A DNA stretch of 22,310 nt, taken from Candidatus Bipolaricaulia bacterium. Lineage in GTDB: Bacteria > Bipolaricaulota > Bipolaricaulia > JBHIAT01. Below are positions 18,158 through 22,310 of this stretch, in pieces. The stretch's first letter is position 1. Every line of letters starts with the position of its first letter. The DNA lies in NCBI GenBank assembly GCA_046758705.1, contig JBHIAT010000044.1:1-22310 (forward strand), given 5' to 3'. A program made the translations under genes and the position numbers. The notes below the pieces were generated by a model. That model worked only from the letters and a program-made list of their open reading frames with translations. It did no database searches and was not told where the DNA came from.

Positions 18158-18265
18158 TTATGCCCCTTGCGGGGCAAAATAGGAGGCAAAGAAGACAAAC
18201 CAGAAGAATCGAGTTGAGATGCTGCTTGTGAGATTCTCCTTCAGGTGCTGCGGTCCACTATGCAT
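18158..18265 (-). CDS. Putative aroF leader (attenuator) peptide, 35 aa: MHSGPQHLKENLTSSISTRFFWFVFFASYFAPQGA
   Basis: GGAGG RBS at 18277-18273, 7 nt before ATG 18265. Eight of codons 20-30 are aromatic (6 Phe, 1 Trp, 1 Tyr) and none of codons 1-19 are. The stop lies 108 nt upstream of aroF on the same strand. Confidence 0.8.
   Translation of the reverse strand: MHSGPQHLKENLTSSISTRFFWFVFFASYFAPQGA
18161..18176 (-). promoter_or_regulatory. GNRA-capped hairpin (UGCCCC-GCAA-GGGGCA) over the last leader codons
   Basis: Perfect 6-bp inverted repeat with a GCAA loop on the minus strand. No U-tract follows it. Confidence 0.65.
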
Positions 18266-18267
18266 GC

Positions 18268-18313
18268 CCACACCTCCCTCATACTGGTTTTTGCTATCAT
18301 ACCACACCTCCCT
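18268..18313. repeat. 12-bp direct repeat CCACACCTCCCT (minus strand AGGGAGGTGTGG) x2
   Basis: Copies at 18268-18279 (leader RBS) and 18302-18313 (promoter spacer). Confidence 0.85.
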
Positions 18314-18325
18314 ACTCTCTGTCAA
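18296..18325 (-). promoter_or_regulatory. sigma70-like promoter for the leader-aroF transcript
   Basis: Minus strand TTGACA (18325-18320), 18-bp spacer, TGg-TATGAT (18301-18296). It overlaps the 3' end of the glutaredoxin gene. Confidence 0.78.
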
Positions 18326-18557
18326 GCGTGAGCAACTCCTGAAGCGCCGCTGCATCGACCGCCCCCAAGAAGCGATCGACGCCGTCAACGGCGATCACCG
18401 GGATATCGTACCGGTATTTCTCATAGAGCTTGGGATCTTTCGTGATATCGACGATTTTGAGCCCGAAATCGAACTCTCCTTGGAGACTGCGAACCACCCG
18501 CTCCGCCTTGTGACACACGGGGCAATACGGCTTGCTGTAAACGGTGATCTCGGTCAT
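18312..18557 (-). CDS. Glutaredoxin-like protein (DUF836 type)
   Basis: 81 aa from ATG 18557: ITVYSKPYCPVC (CxxC), VDIT...LYEKYRYDIPVIAVDG (cis-Pro motif). Confidence 0.88.
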   Translation of the reverse strand: MTEITVYSKPYCPVCHKAERVVRSLQGEFDFGLKIVDITKDPKLYEKYRYDIPVIAVDGVDRFLGAVDAAALQELLTLDRE

Positions 18558-18585
18558 GGATCTATTGAAATACAGAGAAGAACTT

Positions 18586-19875
18586 TCAAGGGTTCCTCCT
18601 GTATTCAGGCTCAGGTTTCGATCGCAGCAGGTTGAAGGCGTAAACAGCATTAAAGACGAACGCGGCCTGACCCTGCCGGTAGACGATCCCGTCTTGGCGT
18701 CTCACGAAATCGAGGACCGCTTCAGACGCCTCATCCGGGCAGCAGGGGATCCCCCACCCTCGGTCCATCGCCAGGGTCATCATCTCTAGATCGGCCGGAT
18801 GATCGCCGAGGATGGCGGCACAAGGGTGCTCGATCTTCAGTGCCTCGATCGCCCGGACGAGACCGGCGGCCTTGTTCAGTTCCTTGGGGACTAGCCCGAC
18901 CGCGTCCGCCGGGAAGTAGATCAGATCGATCTCGTCAAGCAATGCCTCCAACGCGGCCGAGACCGATACAGGGCTCCTCCTCGATGGCTCCAGAATCTCG
19001 TTCAGCCAGGGATAGTTGCGACGGTAATGGGCCGTCAGCTCGTTCAACACCTCGTTGGGCTCCTCCCCGATGGTCTCCGCCGCCACTGTGGCCAACCCCC
19101 TCAGTAGCGCTCTCATCATCGTCTCGCTCGCTTCCAGCGCCCTCTGGGATCCGTCTGGATCGTTGGGCTTCAGCGTGATGTTGAACTCACTCCCTTTAAG
19201 ATGAAAGTCTCGATAGCCGCCAGCGAGCTCTCGGGTAACCAACTCAGAGATCTGCTTCTCCACCCGGTCGAATAGATTGAGAACCTTCTCATCCAACTCA
19301 GCGTAGAGCAGGATCTTCTCTCCACCCGGCGTGAAAATCCCCGCCCCTTGCTCATAAATGATCGAGAATCGCCCTGAGCCAACCATCTCTCGACCGAACG
19401 CTTGGATGATCAAACCCTGGATGTTCTCGAGCGTCTGACCGGTGTTGATGATGAACCGCATTTTGGGATATCGATGATAGAGCCGCTTCAGAGCGAAGAT
19501 CGTCGCCTCGGGGATCTCGTTGTCGGTGCCGCGCAGCCACCGCAACGTCTCATCGACGTCGGTGACGATCAGGCGGATCGGATGAATTCCTCGATCCAGC
19601 AGCCGACACGCCGCTTCCACCTCCGAGAGGGTGTTGTAGCACAGGATCTCTTTGCATTTCTTCTGCACGTCGGTCGACAGAGAGCCATTAGCCAACCACT
19701 CGTCGATCGCCGCGTCCATGCGGCTGAGCTGCTCTTTAAGCCGAGGCTCACATTCCACCCCTAGCCCGCTGAGCTGATCGACGATCGTATGAAGCCGCTG
19801 ATATTTCGAAATATCGATCGCATCGTAAACCGCCCTTAAGCTTTGGTATACTTGATTGCTGAGACGAGCTTCCAT
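18586..19875 (-). CDS. HAD superfamily hydrolase resembling a haloarchaeal family
   Basis: HAD motif I DVDETLR, motif II INTGQ, motif III NKAAG, motif IV GDHPAD, with a ~100-aa helical N-terminal extension. AGGAAGG upstream. Confidence 0.85.
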   Translation of the reverse strand: MEARLSNQVYQSLRAVYDAIDISKYQRLHTIVDQLSGLGVECEPRLKEQLSRMDAAIDEWLANGSLSTDVQKKCKEILCYNTLSEVEAACRLLDRGIHPIRLIVTDVDETLRWLRGTDNEIPEATIFALKRLYHRYPKMRFIINTGQTLENIQGLIIQAFGREMVGSGRFSIIYEQGAGIFTPGGEKILLYAELDEKVLNLFDRVEKQISELVTRELAGGYRDFHLKGSEFNITLKPNDPDGSQRALEASETMMRALLRGLATVAAETIGEEPNEVLNELTAHYRRNYPWLNEILEPSRRSPVSVSAALEALLDEIDLIYFPADAVGLVPKELNKAAGLVRAIEALKIEHPCAAILGDHPADLEMMTLAMDRGWGIPCCPDEASEAVLDFVRRQDGIVYRQGQAAFVFNAVYAFNLLRSKPEPEYRRNP

Positions 19876-19920
19876 GAAACCTTCCTACAGTAGTCAACTG
19901 ATATGATAATTATAACCCGT

Positions 19921-19952
19921 GACCGAGGATATTTCGACCCCGAACCTCGGTC
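19921..19952. promoter_or_regulatory. Inverted repeat in the divergent HAD/phoU intergenic region
   Basis: GACCGAGG (19921-19928) / CCTCGGTC (19945-19952) enclosing TTCG-accc-CGAA. Flanked by TATAAT on the minus strand (19909-19914) and the plus strand (19976-19981). Confidence 0.55.
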
Positions 19953-20024
19953 TCTCCATAGCTTATATCGCTCCTTATAATCTTGTTATCTCTCAGAGAA
20001 TTATGTAATATTGGGAAGATTACA

Positions 20025-21020
20025 ATGGAGACAAGGAAGGTGCAGATCACCGGCGGGTCGACGTTCATGGTGACTCTGCCCAAGGCCTGGGCCGAGAAAG
20101 TCGGTCTGGAGGCCGGGGCTCCGGTCCGGTTGATCCCTCAGGCGGCCGGAACGATGATTCTTCAACCGGTGATCGAAGATCGGCCATCACGGGGGATTTT
20201 GGATGTACGCGGCAAGTTCGATGCCATCTTGGGACGTGAGATCATCTCCATGTACATCTCCGGCTTCGACATCATCGAGGTACGGGGGGAACGGATCACC
20301 TCAGAACAACGTCAGACGGTACGGCGTGTCACCCAGTGGCTGATCGGACCCGAGATCATGGAGGAATCCGGAGATTCGATCGTCATCCACAATCTGCTCG
20401 ATCTCACGGAACTTTCGGTCCCCCAGACGGTGAACCGGATCTACCTCATCGCCAAGTCCATGTTCGAGGACGCCGTCAACGCACTCGGCACCAAGGACGG
20501 GGAGCTGGCGCGCGACGTCCGGGATCGGGATGACGACGTCGATCGCCTCTGCTTGATGATTTCACGTCAGTTCCGTTCGGTGCTGCGCGATCTCCTCGCC
20601 GAACAGAAGTTAGGGATCGGGGCGGTCGAGTTCTTGGCCTATCATACAGCAACCGGCCAGCTGGAGCGGATCGCCGATCACGGAGTCAAGATCGCGCACA
20701 TTGTCGACCGGTTGGAAACGACCGTCTCCCGCAACATCGCGGCCGAGGTCGAGGCGGTCACCGACCAAGTGATCCAGGTCATCGACGATTCGATGCGTGC
20801 GCTGCGGAAGCGTAACGCAGAGCTGGCCAACCAGGCACTGGAACTCAGTCCGGCTGTGGACGAAAAACTGCTGCAGGTGAACCAGATGCTCCAGGACCTC
20901 GACCCCAGTTCCTCGTTGCTCATGGGGATCGTCACCGACAGCCTCGGACGGGCGAAGGACTATGGGGCCAACATCGCCGAGACAGCCCTTAATGCCTCCA
21001 GTCCCATACCCGGAGCCTGA
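20025..21020 (+). CDS. phoU: Archaeal-type phosphate uptake regulator: AbrB/MazE-like DNA-binding domain plus PhoU repeats
   Basis: METRKVQITGGSTFMVTLPKAWA (AbrB-like), YISGFDIIEV, RDDDVDRL, LERIADHGVKIA, DSLGRAKDYGANIAE. ATG 20025 matches the family's typical N-terminus. Confidence 0.9.
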   Translation: METRKVQITGGSTFMVTLPKAWAEKVGLEAGAPVRLIPQAAGTMILQPVIEDRPSRGILDVRGKFDAILGREIISMYISGFDIIEVRGERITSEQRQTVRRVTQWLIGPEIMEESGDSIVIHNLLDLTELSVPQTVNRIYLIAKSMFEDAVNALGTKDGELARDVRDRDDDVDRLCLMISRQFRSVLRDLLAEQKLGIGAVEFLAYHTATGQLERIADHGVKIAHIVDRLETTVSRNIAAEVEAVTDQVIQVIDDSMRALRKRNAELANQALELSPAVDEKLLQVNQMLQDLDPSSSLLMGIVTDSLGRAKDYGANIAETALNASSPIPGA

Positions 21021-21030
21021 GCCGAGAACC

Positions 21031-21450
21031 TCATCCCTCTCCCAGAATCTCCTCCAGCAGTGCCATCACCTTCATCTCGATCTCATCTCGCACGTGGCGA
21101 AAGACCTCGATCGGGCGGCTGACCGGATCGCGGATCCCCCAGTCCCGGGATACGCCGGTGAAGTCCGCCGGGCAGACATCCCGATCGGAGCAGCCCATGG
21201 TGATCACATAGTCATACTCCAGCAACGCCTCCGAATCGATCCCTGTAGAACGGTGGCTGGAAATATCGATCCCGACCTCGCGCATCACCGCGACCGCATT
21301 TGGGCTGACGTATCCGGCAGGGGCGGTGCCACCGCTGGCAACCTCGATGCGATCGCCGGCGTGATGTCGGGCGAAGCCCTCCGCCATCTGGCTACGGCAG
21401 CTGTTTCCGACACAGATGAACATCAGCTTCAGCTTCGGTTTCGGTTTCAT
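21031..21450 (-). CDS. arsC: Arsenate reductase, LMW-PTP fold (thioredoxin-coupled type)
   Basis: P-loop CVGNSCRSQMAE, resolving Cys pair in TMGCSDRDVCP, WGIRDP, FRHVRDEI. Confidence 0.85.
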   Translation of the reverse strand: MKPKPKLKLMFICVGNSCRSQMAEGFARHHAGDRIEVASGGTAPAGYVSPNAVAVMREVGIDISSHRSTGIDSEALLEYDYVITMGCSDRDVCPADFTGVSRDWGIRDPVSRPIEVFRHVRDEIEMKVMALLEEILGEG

Positions 21451-21471
21451 CGGATAACGTCGGCCTTGTGC

Positions 21472-22116
21472 TTACACCTTACGGCGGGCGACGAGGATCT
21501 CGATCTGGTCGGATAGATCCTCAGCTCGGTCAGAGATATCGGTCAGTAGTATCACAAACTCGCGCACCAATATCTTTTCGGCCAGCTCCATATCCATCTT
21601 GAACAGTTCCTGGATGAACTCCCGCTCCAGCCCGTCGACCTGGCTCTCCAACTTTTCGATCTTCTGAGTGTGGGAGAGCGCCTCGTTCATATCGCGAAAC
21701 AGGGAGTGGAGCGCTTCCTTGACCTCGGTGAAGATCTCGAGCGACAGATCGGTGATGTCGAGGGCAAGCGATGTTAGAGGTTGGGGAACTGAGACGCGCT
21801 GCAACAGCAGGAAGTCGAGGATCGACTCGGCCTTGTTGGCAAGTTTGTCGGTCCCTTCGATGACGTTGAGCAGATCACCCCGGAAGCTGGCGAGCAGGGC
21901 ACCGCTGAGCAGTTCTGTCTCTACGGCTCTGCGAACATCATCGGCGCGACCTTCGAGCTTGTGGACTTCGTAGGCAAGCTGGTTGGCACGATCGATGTCA
22001 TCGGTGGTGAGGTAGGTGGCGAGCGCCTGCTTGAACGTGTTGAGTACCTCCTCGACAAGCTCGATGTGCTCATGAAAGCGCTTCTCAACTTCCTGTGGCT
22101 TACTCCAGAGGATCAT
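21472..22116 (-). CDS. DUF47/TIGR00153 family PhoU-like phosphate transport regulator
   Basis: Two helical repeats with LEGRADDVRR and LESQVDGLER, RGDLL...DKLAN, ISDRAEDLSD. Confidence 0.88.
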   Translation of the reverse strand: MILWSKPQEVEKRFHEHIELVEEVLNTFKQALATYLTTDDIDRANQLAYEVHKLEGRADDVRRAVETELLSGALLASFRGDLLNVIEGTDKLANKAESILDFLLLQRVSVPQPLTSLALDITDLSLEIFTEVKEALHSLFRDMNEALSHTQKIEKLESQVDGLEREFIQELFKMDMELAEKILVREFVILLTDISDRAEDLSDQIEILVARRKV

Positions 22117-22258
22117 TTCTCATACTTTATACTTTCTGTATCAGCTATATAACTCTATTTAAAATTATATACCCTGGTATCCGGTGGCGTCAAGGGTTGG
22201 ATATCGATCTTCGCTTCCGCTACACTAAAGGTGTATCGTGTATAATCGATAACAGCAG

Positions 22259-22310
22259 GTCAACTACCCCGGACTCAAGTCCGGGGCCTGTAAAAGGAGT
22301 GAGGTAGCCT
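22259..22310 (+). mobile_element. Probable end of an IS200/IS605-family element (IscB omegaRNA/HEARO-like 5' motif), truncated by the window edge
   Basis: GTCAACTACCCCGGACTCAAGTCCGGGGCCTG: GTCAACTA followed by the hairpin CCCCGGAC-TCAA-GTCCGGGG (22267-22286). This matches the recalled GTCAAC(T/A)ACCCC...AAG...GGGGCTTG pattern. No element ORF lies in the window. Confidence 0.6.

Noticed and set aside
18161-18176. Hairpin as an intrinsic terminator of a classical attenuator
   Set aside because: It lies inside the leader ORF and is followed by UAAUUC rather than a U-run. Kept only as a structural element.
18050-18295. T-box riboswitch upstream of aroF
   Set aside because: No T-box consensus (GGUGGNACCGCG) and no terminator seen.
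18158-18388. 76-aa ORF as listed in the ORF track
   Set aside because: Its 5' part overlaps the glutaredoxin gene and the promoter. Only the portion from ATG 18265, which has an RBS and lies downstream of the promoter, is credible.
19983-20024. TTG-start extension of phoU
   Set aside because: It lies in AT-rich promoter DNA. The family N-terminus METRKVQ begins at 20025.
21421-21450. 6-bp tandem repeats encoding KPKPKLKL at the arsC start
   Set aside because: Short, in frame and low-complexity, with no evidence of phase variation.
22221-22235. TACAC-TAAAG-GTGTA palindrome
   Set aside because: A 5-bp stem is too weak to call on its own.
22095-22307. 70-aa ORF at the right end
   Set aside because: It spans AT-rich promoter DNA and the hairpin, has no RBS and shows no protein-like features.
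1-22310. CRISPR array, tRNA/rRNA genes, transposase or integrase ORFs
   Set aside because: No regularly spaced repeats, cloverleaf or rRNA motifs, or recombinase motifs were seen. Intergenic gaps are short.

Overview
A bacterial-style window (sigma70-like promoters, GGAGG ribosome-binding sites) with about 19 genes and no rRNA, tRNA or CRISPR array. The Thermotoga-type RNase Z alongside several archaeal-type genes would fit a deep-branching lineage such as Ca. Bipolaricaulota, but that is only inference. From left to right: a ~1400-aa secreted MnxG-like multicopper oxidase, a small secreted two-Cys protein, a MOCOS-like PLP enzyme, a tpiA / SDR / rnz unit, a small membrane protein, rtcA, a uronate-dehydrogenase-like SDR, an ABC-2 exporter pair, an internally deleted MetE-core gene, a GAF-GAF-GGDEF diguanylate cyclase, a secreted M1 peptidase, aroF, a glutaredoxin, and a phosphate/arsenate cluster (haloarchaeal-type HAD hydrolase, archaeal AbrB-PhoU, ArsC, DUF47). 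The strongest new signal is an unannotated 35-aa leader peptide upstream of aroF, ending in RFFWFVFFASYF. It has its own near-consensus promoter and RBS, and its aromatic codons are complementary to the aroF RBS, which suggests a Phe/Trp/Tyr-sensing translational attenuator. Other leads are the MnxG-like oxidase with a possible accessory subunit, the probable start of an IS200/IS605 (IscB omegaRNA/HEARO-like) element at the right edge, and in-frame deletions of conserved motifs in several genes. All family assignments come from motif recognition; no searches were run.
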